Source: Botryllus schlosseri (lineage: Eukaryota). From it: a DNA stretch of 60,000 nt. Of the stretch, positions 1 to 13,255 are shown one piece after another; position 1 is the first letter of the stretch; each line of letters opens with the position of its first letter. Below the pieces are notes generated by a model that saw nothing but the letters and a program-made list of their open reading frames with translations, searched no databases and was not told the origin of the DNA. Position numbers and translations under genes: made by a program. The DNA lies in contig CM119372.1 of the NCBI GenBank assembly GCA_051294905.1, positions 30,196,001-30,256,000 on the forward strand, given 5' to 3'.

Positions 1-1020
1 CATACTACCCATAAGGAAGTCGAATTGCAAGAAATTCATCAACGTCGTCAATTACTGATACTTCATTATAGAATTTACAGTCATATGTCTACAAATGTAT
101 ATGATGATTTTACTGTGGAAAACCGTTGCATATACATAATATGTTTGTTTGATTTGATTGATTTGGTCATCGCATTCGATATCACGCGAACGCGTCCTAT
201 TCACTCCCTAGAATCGTTTTCTATTCGCTTTGAATTAAAATAATTATCTTTTATTGTAAAGTTTATTGTGAACAAGAATCCATTCATGTGGAAAGGTGAG
301 CATGGGATGTAGCGTAAATCTAATTGCGCACAGATAGAATTATTGATATCCAAGCAAATGCAGAATTTGCCTTGATCAGCTGACCACTAATGCTCCAAAA
401 ATTGAACATATGACACTATATTTGTGTATGCCTTTCTATATATGTTAGTCCTTGATGCACCCCAAAGCACCAAGTGTATTGTCCTCCACCACTTGTGACT
501 ACTGACCTGAGTGTGAAATATGCAGTGCTTTACAACCGGTATGCCACGGTACACTAGCGTGCGGATTGGACTGCTCAGGGGTGCCGCGACAAAATGTGGT
601 AAACAAGGTTGACGTATAACAAGAATTATGTGTAATGCGATACCATTAACCGATGGGAGAATGTCGAAACGACAAAGTACGTCTCTCAATTTTGAATCCT
701 CCTCACTCTAATGCCATGTGTTTGATCTCTATCTTTCTTGTTTTAGGCTTCCTCGCTCTTTTCATTCTCTTTCTTTGAATAGTCCTCAATCGGGTCTTTA
801 CTCTTTTACCGCTTTTGTACGGACGCTATGAGCACAGCAACGTAGGGAAGAGAACTTCAGATAAACCCCCGACGCAACTTGCTACTACCAAGAATAAACA
901 ACCGGGGCCTCCACCGTCAATGGTGGTGGAACGCTAACCTGCCCACATATAGCATATATAGCGTTTGGGTACAACGTACCAACGCTACTCGCCACTCAGG
1001 GAACTCGAAGGGCTATAGGG

Positions 1021-1651
1021 CAGTATTGGGAACAAGTCACTACCTCCAAGTCACAAGTCGATTTTTCGAAGTGACTCGAGTCAAGTCAACTCATCATTCA
1101 AGTCAAATTGAATTTTTGAAGCATGAGGGGTGATTAAAAGTCATACATTTTGCTAGCTACTTGAACAAATTGATGATGCAACACTGAATACACTACCCAC
1201 CTACAACTCCGTGAGATACAGTTTAAGCATGATCCTGTTGCTAACTAATATGAAGGCATAAACTACGACTCGCTCGATTGAAATCAAAGGATGATTGTCA
1301 AAGCTGAGCCCTGCGCAATGTCAGCACTGATCAGTCTAAGTAACAGAGATACATTGATATAAGATCAATATCCCACTTAGTAGTATAGTAGTACTATAGT
1401 ACGACAACATAAGCTGTAAGCTATGATCATTTCCGGTCATTTTATTTGTGACGTAAATATGGACAGTATCGGGAACAATCCGAACTTACACAAGCCGATT
1501 ATACTTGATGACTTAAAATTGATTAGGAAATTCTGCTCCGAGTCACGACTCAATCGACATTTCTGAAACGCCGAGTCAAGTCAAGTCATTTTTGCTACGT
1601 GACCCGAATCAAGTCACAAAGAAAATGTTGACTCGAGTTATCCCAACATTG
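1021..1651. mobile_element. hAT-type MITE (CAGTGTTGGGA TIR family, GACTC/GAGTC subterminal arrays)
   Basis: Ends CAGTATTGGGA...TCCCAACATTG; perfect 8-bp TSD CTATAGGG (1013-1020, 1652-1659); same family as 43678-44615 in the opposite orientation. Confidence 0.9.
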
Positions 1652-3706
1652 CTATAGGGTCCGGCAAACCATTTTCCCATTGATCAGGTTCCGCGGGGTC
1701 GAAAGGTCGAGAACGACTGAAATAAAGCATTTATGGCATAAAAGTACATTGGAATTTGTCACGTGTTATACGTCTCGCTTTTATCACTATGACTTCGACA
1801 TTTCGATCCTTAATGATGGTTAATTATAGTCTTAACATACTTCGAAAACGTCCGTTGAGTGTTATGAAAATAACAAAGCCTAGTCGCTAAGATTTCCACA
1901 TTATTATCAATAGCGAAAATTTCCAGATCCCTGGCATATCGACAGAAATGACGTCATGTAACATTAGTCATCTTTTCGGGTACCTTTTACTTTACTTGAT
2001 ATTTAGTTAGTTGTTACGAACATATGAATAAAGATTCATGCGTAAGTCCGCTGGAATATTAACGTCATAATCAGGAGCAAAAATTTCCCGACTACTGACA
2101 TATTGACGGAATTTACGTCATGTAACACCAGCTATCTGCATCGGTCACGGCGAGTTTAATAAATTCAATATCTTCTAATTCATCGGTGTGATGGAATATA
2201 TCAGTAGGTCGGTGTTACGGAATATCTAATCACCAGCTTGTCAATTTTCAGTTAGGCCTATATCTTCCTAAAAACGTAAATGCGCTGGTTTTGCGCTTTT
2301 GCAACCGATTAGGAAATTCCTTCTCGTGGGGCAAGTACCACGACATGAAACCACGCGATTTGTTTTTAAATGATTCACATCGTGAAACGGTATATGAGGA
2401 AACAAAATGGTTGATCCCAAAGTATATTTTACCTCGTTTCACTTGTGAAGCTGAAAAAAGATGAATCTGAAAGTGTTCATTGTCGTTATCGTGACTTGTG
2501 CATGTGCAAGAGCCAATTCGTGCCCAGTACATGATGCGATCGGGGCATAGTACCAAATGATGATCTACCAAAGTATGTAGGGCTACTCATTATACACTTC
2601 TTGGGTTGGAAACGTTTGTATGTATCAGTTGCTGTAGCCGAGATGAGCGGGTTCTTCAGCATCAGGACTGGACTTCTTTCTAGTTCAGCTCTATATTCGT
2701 ACTTTGCGTACCTGAATATTAACCCGGTCTAAACGTCGCGAGTCATTCTGAATGTAGCTGATGCAAAGTCTAATTAACACCCAACGATTTGCGGATGTCT
2801 AAATATTTTGACCATTTATAGTCCATCAAAAAGTTTTTCAATTAACTGAGAAGGCGCATGTCCGATTGCAATTCGTGTTTATTCGGCAACGATCAAATAC
2901 ATTTATACGATAGGCATACGTTTATGATATGGTAGGTCAATGTAAGCAAGTTGTTTTTGTCCATGAAATTTTATTGCTGAGCAAAAATCGAATAAATTTG
3001 GCGTTATATTATCTCGCCTAATCTATGTTCAGAATCTATACTCTCATGAATGATGTTTTGAATGAGCAAGAGCATCGAAAACGACGAGTAACACTGTACT
3101 TATCATGTATCAATCAATGGACCTGTTGACACTTGACACTCATATCTTTAGAGCAAGCGGCACCACTGAGATTTTCAAGGTTGCGATTACTGCAAGGTCA
3201 TACGATGTAACGTTGCTCCATCTCCTTCGTCTCTGCGATCTATCAATGCCCCTTGTGAGGCAAGGCTCTTGATCGAAATGACTTTGTTAATTACTGGAAA
3301 CTATTGATTTTGCTCATGACTATATGCCGCTGTGCGCAGATAGCGAAAGATTCCTAAACAGTACCCAAGAACTTCAACCTGTTTTGTTAATTAGGTTCAC
3401 AGTATTGTCCTGCCATGTCCATCAACGAAAATCGATCGCCCGGGCAATCTTAGTGCTCTCACAGCTCGTCAAAGGCAGCGCCTGGGCGATTCGGGGAGCC
3501 AAATCATCCGTTAGTGCCATCAGTTAGTTTGTAGCGAATGCCGTATGCTACTGATAAGGCATGAGCATCAGTGCCCAGCGCTGCACACACCATTTATTTA
3601 TTCAAATCGCTATTTACAGCTTTACAAAGTGTGATCGGGACCTTTGAACGTGAGTAACTAGAGTTTGCAATATTTGGCCCAGCAAATTAAATGATCATTA
3701 TTGTAG

Positions 3707-6334
3707 TGTGCTACATGGGTATGAGGTCGGGAATAATTCCTGACAACGCGGAAACATCTTCGACATATTGGGATGTTGACCACGAACCTTACCGAGCTCG
3801 TTTGGACAATAAAATTTCCGAAGCCAGCAAGGGTGCATGGTCTTCAAAGCTTAGTAAGTAAATTCTACTGGTTCTTATATTGTACTGCAATAATAGTGTG
3901 TAGAACATAGAGCATACGAATCGACACGATCTATTCACAATGTGAACTTCAATCTGCTAATAGCAGAACCGTGATCGCCGTATTCAATTCGGAATCGTTT
4001 GCTGTTCAGAAAATAACTTTTTATTTTAGTTTTGTCTAGTAGGCTACGCGTGAGGGATTCTACTATGTTTTGAGTAGCGATAATGTTTACCTGTGGTCAC
4101 GAACTTACAATTTTCCTCAGGAAAATAATGTATGACAACAGTCCCGCCTCAAGCTAATCCGCGAAAATCTCGTAAAACGGTTAAATTAACTGAGACTACG
4201 TGCCCTATATTTCCCACATCCCCGCCTCCGTCTTCTCTAACGATAAATCTGCTACTGAGAGAGGATCAAATATCAATAGTAAAACATGCAAGCGGTGATA
4301 ATATCGACAAAATTCTATCATTACCTTCACAAAAACGCATTCTGATTTTTAATAGCAATAATGCTCGCGATTTTGGTGCGAAGTATCCCAAAAAACACAC
4401 ATGGGTTTTGCGTTCGCCGTTTTCTATTCTGGCTCGTTCTGAATTACCAGAAGCTTTTTAAGTTCAATCATCAAGCTGCCATACCCGCAGCAAGGTATCT
4501 CGGGGGATATTTCCGAATGGCTTACAAAAATACGAGTGATATGTCCCACAGTTGCGACACGTTACAAAACGACTGTCAGGTAATTCGGAATAATGAATCA
4601 AATTTAAGAATTTTGTTCCGAGCAGACTATTAAACATAACGGTGTGGCGGGCTCCAATTCGGGCCCCAATAAAGCTTGTCGGATACCGTCCTGGTTTGAG
4701 AACAGTTGATGATCCTGTGCGCCTCTAATATGACGATTGAGATAGAGCAAAAAGTTCCGAAATGCATGGTTTGTTTTACATTGCGCTGCGATAGAAATGA
4801 TAAAAATCACGATTTCCCAATGGGATTGAAGAGTAGGCTATGTCAAAAAATTATCGGACCACCACCGCAAGTGTATAAAATAGATTAGCGGATATAATAC
4901 TTTGAAATGCATATCCAGTATCCACGCTCACAATTACTTTAACATCCATGTCCTATTTCAGTAGTGACTGCAATTCACTAATAAAGCCGCGTGAATATAG
5001 AAAAATATCAGACATTCCATGTCCAACTCTAAATTCCATCATTGCTAATTTCTAGACTAGAGAAAATCAAGAACGATTAGTTAAGATTCCTAACCAATGT
5101 ACATCTCTCTATCAAACAGACAAAGTCGGCCAGTGAATAGAAGTTGACTTTGGGATGGTGAAAGACGTCCACACATTCACAATCAGTGGGTGCGCCAATA
5201 CATATAGTGGCGTGTGGTGTCGTAAAAGACGATATTTCAATCATCCGAGTTGGAGGCTCCGCTAAGGTATGTCATATTCTCATCATCATAATAAAGAATG
5301 TCGACCAGTTGTAAATGAGAATTCAAGTCGAAACACCATTATTAATAATCGTAGAGTTGTATTTTCATCTGAACAAGACGCACACAATGTACAATGCGAT
5401 GTAATAAAAACATAGGACGATGCCTAACGACGAGCAGTTGCGGTCTTTTAGACTGACATTCACTGGCCTATAGAGTACCCGATGTCACAGTTTTTTTCGA
5501 TGTTGAACTTTTGGAAGCCGCGGCCCCTTCTGGCTCATTCCATTTCGAGAAAAAAAAATCATTTTGAACAGCACAGCCAAACATACACAGCACCGTCAGC
5601 ACCAATTGCGTCCCTTCGTCTGTAGTCTATACTGCAAGGGGTGACTTCATAGAATTCGGATCTAACATTAGCCGATGTCGACGGAAACACATGTGCCGCA
5701 GTCGTTGCAAATTTGGGAACCTTTCTTAGTTCAATCATCAAGATGCTATATCCGCAAAGGTATCTCGAGAGATATTTCCGAATTGCTCACATAGATACAA
5801 GAGATTAATGTCCCACAGCATCAATCATGCTGGTTTACGTATACTACAAATACATATAGTGTAGGCATCAAGTATGGTTTATGTACAGTTCAAATACATG
5901 TAGGATATGCCCACATGCTTTCAGTAAACCCTGCCTGCATGTGTGTATAACTGCAATGAATTTGACACGCTCGACTTCATTCGCAGATCTACACAGGAAA
6001 CACAGACATGGAGACGAAAGCCTACAATCGCTTTCCGACGGTACTTTCCTGCCGATACATTCGAATTTATCCCCTGTCGTGGCACAATCACATGTCTATG
6101 CGGTTTGAATTCGTTCACGGCAAGTGCTTCGACAGGAACTCGCTTGTATCTGGCGGCCTATACTGCATTTCCGTAATGAATACAGGCGTATCGGAAGATT
6201 TTATTCTCTCTACAAGGCATTTTAGACAGTTGTGGCAATGGCGCAGTGCTGAGTATTCTTACGCTTTTGGATATGGTTGTCGAGAGTTATTTGTAAATAG
6301 TACAGATAGACGTCGCTGTGATGATCGGATTTAA
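3707..6334 (+). pseudogene. Discoidin / coagulation factor 5/8 type C (FA58C, lactadherin-like) domain gene, disrupted
   Basis: Three spliceable segments: 3707-3853 (CYMGMRSGIIPDNAETSSTYWDVDHEPYRARLDNKISEASKGAWSSKL), 5120-5266 (NKVGQ*IEVDFGMVKDV...IIRVGGSAK), 5987 onward (IYTGNTDMETKAYNRFPTVLSCRYIRIYPLSWHNHMSMRFEFVHG). Motifs match FA58C. TGA at 5134-5136 replaces the conserved Trp and exon 2 is 1 nt out of frame. Upstream exons not identified. Confidence 0.8.
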
Positions 6335-7219
6335 TATATTCAAATCCAGATACTGTTCCGGATTTAAGATGCGAATACCTACACAGTCATGAATACTATG
6401 ATGCACTTGGTTCGAGTATACGGAAGTCCAATCTACGGGATGAAAATATTGATACGAAATAACCGATATGATAGTGCGAATAATAAAATCGACGTATGTC
6501 GAAGTTATAAAATTAATATGATATGACTAGCGCGATTTTTTGATACCTAAAAATGGAATATTTTGACCTACAAAATCAAAATTTTGACATTTTTTTAACC
6601 TTAAAAAACTTAATTTTTACCTAACGTATGCAAGTTATGCGTTTTCCGACATATTGTTAGAATTGTACTACTTATCTTAATTTCTGGTTCGAACCGCATG
6701 TCCATGCGAAGCAGTTTGGCCTGAAAAAACTTTTTTGACTCAAAACTGACCAATTTTACATGAAACAGCTTTATTTTAACGAAATCTGGCACTATGAAGA
6801 ATTCCAGTATAGTTAGGCTACATCACGTATTATGGTAGAAAAAATTACAATTTGGTGTAGTACAACGAAAGATACTTTCCTACATTCTCGGGTAGAAACC
6901 AAAGTGTCTGTCCCTACTAAGTAGGTTGCCAAGAATGGAGAAAGAACGTTCAACAGTGGCAGTTGTTGGCTGACAACCCTGAAGTTGTGCGTGAGTACAC
7001 CAGAGTTGGATCAATTGTGATTTGTAATTGAGCTGAATGTAATTAATTACATTTTTTCATGTAATTGTAATTGTAATTGAATCATTTCTATTTTGTGTAT
7101 TTGTAATTTAATTGTAACTGTAATTTGATGGAAATTTTGATAATTACAATTTAAATTACATTGTTATTGAAACCTGACAATCACAACATAAAATAATTAC
7201 CAAATTTACATCCGTGTTC

Positions 7220-9524
7220 CAGGGTTGTAATGACTCGAGTCATGACTCGACTCGAGTCAGACTCGAGTCACGATTTTTTTTTGTGACTCGACTTGACTCG
7301 AGTCATTTTCTCTAAATGGGAAAATGACTCGACTCGACTGGAGTCAATATTTGGATTGACTCGACTTGTACTCGAGTCATTACGCATGACTCGACCCAAG
7401 TCATTGACTCGGCTTATTTTATATGACTTGAAGATGTAGAATTTTGCAAATCGTAATGGCTAGATCAACGCATCTGACGAATTCTGCCGCCATCGTTATT
7501 TGTCACCACTGCTTCCGATGCACTCGTCTGATATCAGATATGCCGCCGTAAAAACAACAGAAAATGGTAGCCTACATATTAGTAATGCATTGCTCAAAAT
7601 GATCCAGTAATGAAAGTGTAATAGATCCTCCGCAATCAAAGTACCCAAGACTTTTCAATTTTACAAGACTTTTCAACTATACAAGCAAACAATCGAAGCA
7701 AAGTTCAATTAGAGCCAATGCAACGACTCAGACGGTCAAGTCCTTGGAAGAGCTCAGCGGTTCTCAACCTTTATTTGCCCCCCTTTATGATAGTGAAAAA
7801 TTTCGCGCCTCCTCATCGTCATATCACAAAATCCAACCGGGATGCTACTATGCTAGTAACCTTGACACATTGTTTGATGTCATGGAAGGTTATATGACTG
7901 TTGGTGAGAGAATTAAAAAATATGAAATTCGGTCTATATACAAAGAAACACACGTGAATTAGAGGTAAAAACAGATTTGAAGGCCATGATTCTTTGCATT
8001 TTTCGGCGACTAGAAAGAATGAGTATCCAATGCTCTTCAGTGTGGGTCAAAAATGCTTGTCGATTCCTGCATCTGGTGCACCAGTGGAACGTGTATTCAG
8101 TAGAGGTGGCGGGTTTATTTTAAGGTAGGGTTGCCAGACGTCATGAATTTCCCGGACATGTCCGGAATATGTCACTGTTAAAACTGCGTCCCGGATGAAT
8201 TTCGAAAATATGCCGAAATGTCTGGAATTTTGAAGCAAGCTCATATTTTTCCTAAATCAACATAAACAATATTATATTTGGGTAGATTTATGCTACGTGA
8301 AATTTTTGTTCGCGCTACGTGCGATTTAGTATCTCATATGACGGCTTTAATATGGGGACTACCACCCTCGCATATACTGCGATCAGAGATAAATAAAAAA
8401 ACATTCATTTGCAGAAATAAGTCTAATTGTAATCGCAATTACAATTACAAGATAACGGTATATTCGTAGAGTCGGTTTACGCCGTTTCGGTGCTTTATTC
8501 AGAGATGGATGTTCTAAACCTTGGGGTAGTTTGCCTTTATTATGGGGTTCGTGAAGATGTTGAATCAGTTTCCAAATATGCCGTGGATAAGTCTGGGCAA
8601 ATGTGTCGACCTTTAATTAGTATAATCAGCCTATCAAATTTTGAGCTGGGCCACGGAACATTGTCATATTGGAAATGGAGTCGCGACCATAAACGGTTGG
8701 AAACCAGCAGGTGTGCGGTGTTTATATAGATCAGTGATGCATTGCGCACAGGCATTGGGCTGATAAATAATCCTATCGATGTGACATGAGCATGACTCCA
8801 CAATGTACTATTACTCTGTACAATTTAAAGAAGTATTCGGAAATTTTGAAAAAATGGTTTTAAACAGCCCCGTTGTACAATAATTTCTCCAATGCTGTAA
8901 ATGCGATGTAATCTGTAATGCAATTGGGAAAACCTTTAGTAATATCAAAAGGTATCTGTTCTTTTGTCACTGCACAGTGCACGTAGCTATGCATGCACGC
9001 TTTTACAGCATGCTGGCCTGGTGAAAATACCTCTCTATGCATACATGTATTTGTTGATTCTCTATTAGCTCTGCCGCGAATTCGTTGGTTCTTTATCAGA
9101 TAGCATGTAGACGTGAATTCGTTGGTTCTCTATCAGCTATTTGTGAGCTGTCGTCGATGTGCTCGAAATAAAAACTGAATGCTTGTATTTGTGATGTATA
9201 TCGGACTGACAAGACAGATATTTGATTTTAAGTTCTGAGATTAGTAGACTTATCATTTTGGCGGCCTGTCTTGTCTATCTGTAGCATCGGAATTCGATAT
9301 CACCCAAGCAGGATTGAAAACATGAGTTGAACATGACTTCAATACTGTGACTTGGACTCGACTCGAGTCATAACACTATGACTCGGACTTGACCCTTTAA
9401 ACGGTGACTTGGACTCGGACTCGACTCGGTGATGAACTGAAAATGACTCGACTTGACTCGAGTCAAAACCACAAAAGTAAGATTGACTCGTGACTCGGAA
9501 CCATGTGACTTGGTTACAACCCTG
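7220..9524 (+). mobile_element. hAT deletion derivative (CAGGGTTGTAA TIR, GACTC arrays) with transposase C-terminal relic
   Basis: Perfect TSD CCGTGTTC (7212-7219, 9525-9532); about 7985-8125 reads ...RKNEYPMLFSVGQKCLSIPASGAPVERVFSRGGGFIL (hAT dimerization motif), cut off at 8126 by a TAGGGTTGCCA-ended element. Confidence 0.9.
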
Positions 9525-9630
9525 CCGTGTTCTGTGCGTGCCTCGTTAACTAGATCATTCAGCCATGCTAAACTGTTTCCCATACCTCAGTAGCAACAGA
9601 CAACGTAGCGAATTACAATGTAGGCTAAAC

Positions 9631-10350
9631 CAGTGGTTCTCAAACTGGGTGGCGTGCCCTCTTGTTAGGCGTGAAAGCATCTGAAAATTAAAAATACTTA
9701 TCGCGCTTGGCGCGATTTATCTACATTTCATAGTTATTGCTCTGTGTATAGTCCCAATTTCATATTGGAGAATTCTCTCATCAACAGTCATAACCAGGGC
9801 AAGTTTTTGCAACTTTTGCAACTTTTTTTACAGCTTCCGGCAGCTTCCTAAATACTCGGAAGATATGTAGAATGCTGTTTTAAGCTGTTTGAAGGAATCT
9901 TATTGCACAACTTTTTGCAACTTTTGTCCATTTTTTTTTCATGCAACTTTTCGCAACATTTTGCAACTTTTTCGATTTTTCATGAAAGTATTTTCGATTT
10001 TGGTGAATTACACTGCCAAATTCGAATGCAATACCGTAAATCAGCATTGAATGAACGCCCTTACGGGTATTTCGGGAGCTGAGCCGGAAAGTTGACCCTT
10101 TTTTCCTCTTTTTTTTAGTCAACCGAGCAAAATGTGGTCTTTTAGTGCAACTTTTGTGAAAAAGTTAATGCAACTTTCCACGAATTTAACTGCAACAAAA
10201 ACTTGCCCTAGTCATAACCTTCCATACCATCAAACTATATGTAAGGATTGCCAACATTCTGGTTTCAATGTATGATATGACGATAAGGGAGGCACGAAAT
10301 ATTTCACTGTTATGAAGGGCGGCGTGTCTAAAAAAGTTTGAGAAGAAATG
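9631..10350. mobile_element. Charlie-type hAT MITE
   Basis: CAGTGGTTCTCAAACT...AGTTTGAGAAGAAATG; perfect TSD GGCTAAAC (9623-9630, 10351-10358). Confidence 0.85.
9795..10210. mobile_element. hAT MITE with GCAAC arrays, nested in 9631-10350
   Basis: CAGGGCAAGTTTTTG...CAAAAACTTGCCCTA; perfect TSD GTCATAAC (9787-9794, 10211-10218). Confidence 0.9.
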
Positions 10351-10419
10351 GGCTAAACTAAATCTCAATATTTCAAAAACGGATAAACAGCAAATAAACT
10401 CTTCTGAAACCTGTGAGCA

Positions 10420-11126
10420 TGTGAGGTATCAAAAAGAAAAGCAGGCCGTCAGCACAAAATTGGTTGAGCTACATTAAACAGGTATCTGGAAAAAGCAGGG
10501 GATTAATCTCATACGAAAAAAATTTCAAAATTGATTGCCCATACTGTCTTTAATGAAGAGGAAAGTTTGTTAGCGCAGTACATCGTCAAATGACCCAAGA
10601 TGTTTTATGGTTTGTCACTCCCACTTTAACAAGAGATAGAGCTGTGACATCTGAATTTTATTTTATGGGATAGTCGAGGCGAAAGAAGCATAAATTGATA
10701 CTGATTCCATGTTATATATTTTCAGTTTTCTGGCTTCGTTATGCGTTATGATCAATTCAGGAATTGAAATGAATGAATTGTCTACTTCCAGAACAGCTTT
10801 ATACCAGTATATCGAAATGGTTGGTAACTGTGACAAAGTTAGGGTTTATGGGATAATGAATAGCATTTATTGATTCAAGACAGACAACGGCCCATACCTC
10901 ACCAGTCACCACCCCCTGGCCCATACCTCATACCCTATTTTATATTGACGAAAATGATGCATTATCACAAAATTCGATGTCACCTCCAAATAAATTCGTA
11001 TTTTAGCTGAATTCTATCAGTAATAGTTAGCCATATAACTATTGATTGTCTGTCCCGAAATATTAGAATATTGGACCAAGTTACAGCTTAACAAGATTTG
11101 GTGGCCCATACCTACTTACTCTCCCC
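10420..11126 (+). mobile_element. pogo/Tigger-like relic (HTH fragments plus right TIR)
   Basis: Decayed translations SKRKAGRQHKIG*ATLNRYLEK (psq-type HTH) and TVFNEEESLLAQYIVK*PKMFYGLS (CENP-B-type HTH); terminus ...TACTCTCCCC followed by TA, similar to the ends of 57063-58016. Confidence 0.65.
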
Positions 11127-13255
11127 TACTCGTGATTAGGAATAGTTCGAATACGTTCGAGTTTTTTATTTTTTATTAAAGGGTATTCTACGTATCATGA
11201 ATGAAACATGAATAGCTTGAGATTGTTGCTAATTATGTCGCTACGGTTGCCAACCCAGTCAACAAAACGGGAAGTGATCTCCTGGCGTATAATGCGCATT
11301 TGATGTCAAAATGATGCTTCAAAAGAAACAATTTTCGCACTTCTGCCGCAGACTTATTAACCCGTCGTTGCCGTCCATTAACCCTCTCGCTACTGCAGCT
11401 TACAACCGCTATCAGCCCTATCGCTACCTGAATCACTGTTGCTTTCTGGCAAACATACTGACCCTTCTGTTGTAAGACATCAATATTTGACAATATGTTT
11501 TCATTATAGTTTTAGTTATAATAAAATCCATCACGAGCATACATACAAAATACCGGTCAAATACAGACAGACAGCCATATAAAATGCATAAAACAACATA
11601 TTGATTTCAGCCGAGATACAGAGAGATCTTCTTTCCGGTACAAGTTTTATACAACTATTCATGCTCTTGAATTGAAATACAGACAAAATCTGGTTTATCA
11701 AACAAGTCTGTGCCTTGGCGGGAAGAATATGATCAAGCAACGAGGAGCTACCATCAGCAGCCTACTCGCTGTGTGGCACGCTAACTTCATTCAGAGCCCA
11801 ATTGTGAATGATGTCTCCCAAGTTTAGGCTTGGCGTAGTCTCTGATATCTGGGTAATTCCACTGGTCTCATATTCGGGCAATGTACTGTCAGCCAGATAT
11901 CTTCAGCAGTGATAATCGGCTGTTCATGGCCATTGCCGCTGCAGGTTGAACCAATGCTTAGAGGACGATACTTTATCAACTGCTGCCTTCGCCAACGCTG
12001 CATTCTTTTCAATTCACCGTTAGACTTATACGGATATTTGGGCATATCGCAATCACTTCATGGCTTCAGTCTCCATCGCAAAATAAAGGCTAAATATAAC
12101 AACAAAATAACTCGTAGAATAACTGAAATGAGTATCACAAATTTTAATCAGAAATTATTACAAGATTCTTGGCTGTACAGTTGAAATGACAATGATAGCC
12201 CGAAATATCTCTTGCTCAACTTATCTCAACGCAGAACTTCATTCATATTCCCTACCAACGCTATAATCTCGGAAATACAATTCGCCGGTATCAATGATAT
12301 ATATACAATGATTGGAAACTACCGTGAGCTCTGCGTTTCAGCGTGTTCCTGGTCACGCTTCATCGCGTACACAGTTGTGCTGTAAACAAAGGCTTCCTCA
12401 GCAATACTTCTTTGAGGAACTAGCGATGATATATAATTTGTTGGGTATATTTATCAGTGGCAATTAGCGTTGACGTGTTGAATAGCTTTAAAAGCGCATT
12501 TCTTTCTCGCGTCTGGCATTTTTCTTCTGATTATGCTAGCGGACCGCTGCCATATAAACGTTGATTCACGTACACGTACTTCGTACAGTCGTACACCTAG
12601 TTCACAAGATAAATTTCGCGCGTCATGCGCGTATCGTAAATCCAATTCACACATTGACGACTCGCAATTATACGCAATCCCCGTGATGTAGCCTTGTGAC
12701 GACCAACGAGGCTTATGTTCACACAGTCGCGGACGTTCAACCTTTGTTGCAAGTGACACAACCTTCATTCCAACTTGAGGTGTCGCTTTTCCATCATATT
12801 CCTACATCAATAACATCATATATAATTAAATATCAAGCAGACGTAGTTTTTAAAGGAGTAATTCTAGTTATTTTGAGTACTCGAGTAGGTTTGCCTACTT
12901 CCGCGGGTGATTGTGTTTTCATACTACTCACCAAACAAAAACATCACAACTTGTTTTTTTTCCGGGGATATCTAGATCTCCTGAGTTTTGAAGGTTTTTG
13001 AAAATAACACGCACATATTCAATGGCCATTTTGCGGCAGTCACTAAGCTTAACCCTGCAATTTCAAAAGTGACTATTTCCAACTGACTCCGAGCGAACAA
13101 CCAAATCTACTTTTAGAACTTTTTAAAAGTACTATACACATTTATATTTTCGCTACTTCTATTTGAACCTGAGTAAATCATTGTAGCAATACTTCAACTA
13201 CTTCAGTAGCAACGCTGCATACATCACCCACCTCTGAAAAAAGTCACCTGTCCAT

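Noticed and set aside
2486..2711. Minus-strand stretch open for 74 codons after a CAG acceptor (YAKYEYRAELERSPVLMLKNP...)
   Set aside because: No recognisable domain and no partner exon found; may be chance.
5134..5136. In-frame TGA as selenocysteine or recoded Trp
   Set aside because: It replaces Trp rather than Cys, the same exon is frameshifted, and DYNC1LI and ARL5 use TGA as stop.
4462..5818. Diverged 90-bp direct repeat at about 4462-4550 and 5729-5818
   Set aside because: Looks like two fragments of an ordinary dispersed repeat in introns; no termini identified.
11600..12780. Decayed coding-like minus-strand sequence with splice-like signals
   Set aside because: Could be the distal part of the P element, but I cannot match a motif, so it is not annotated.
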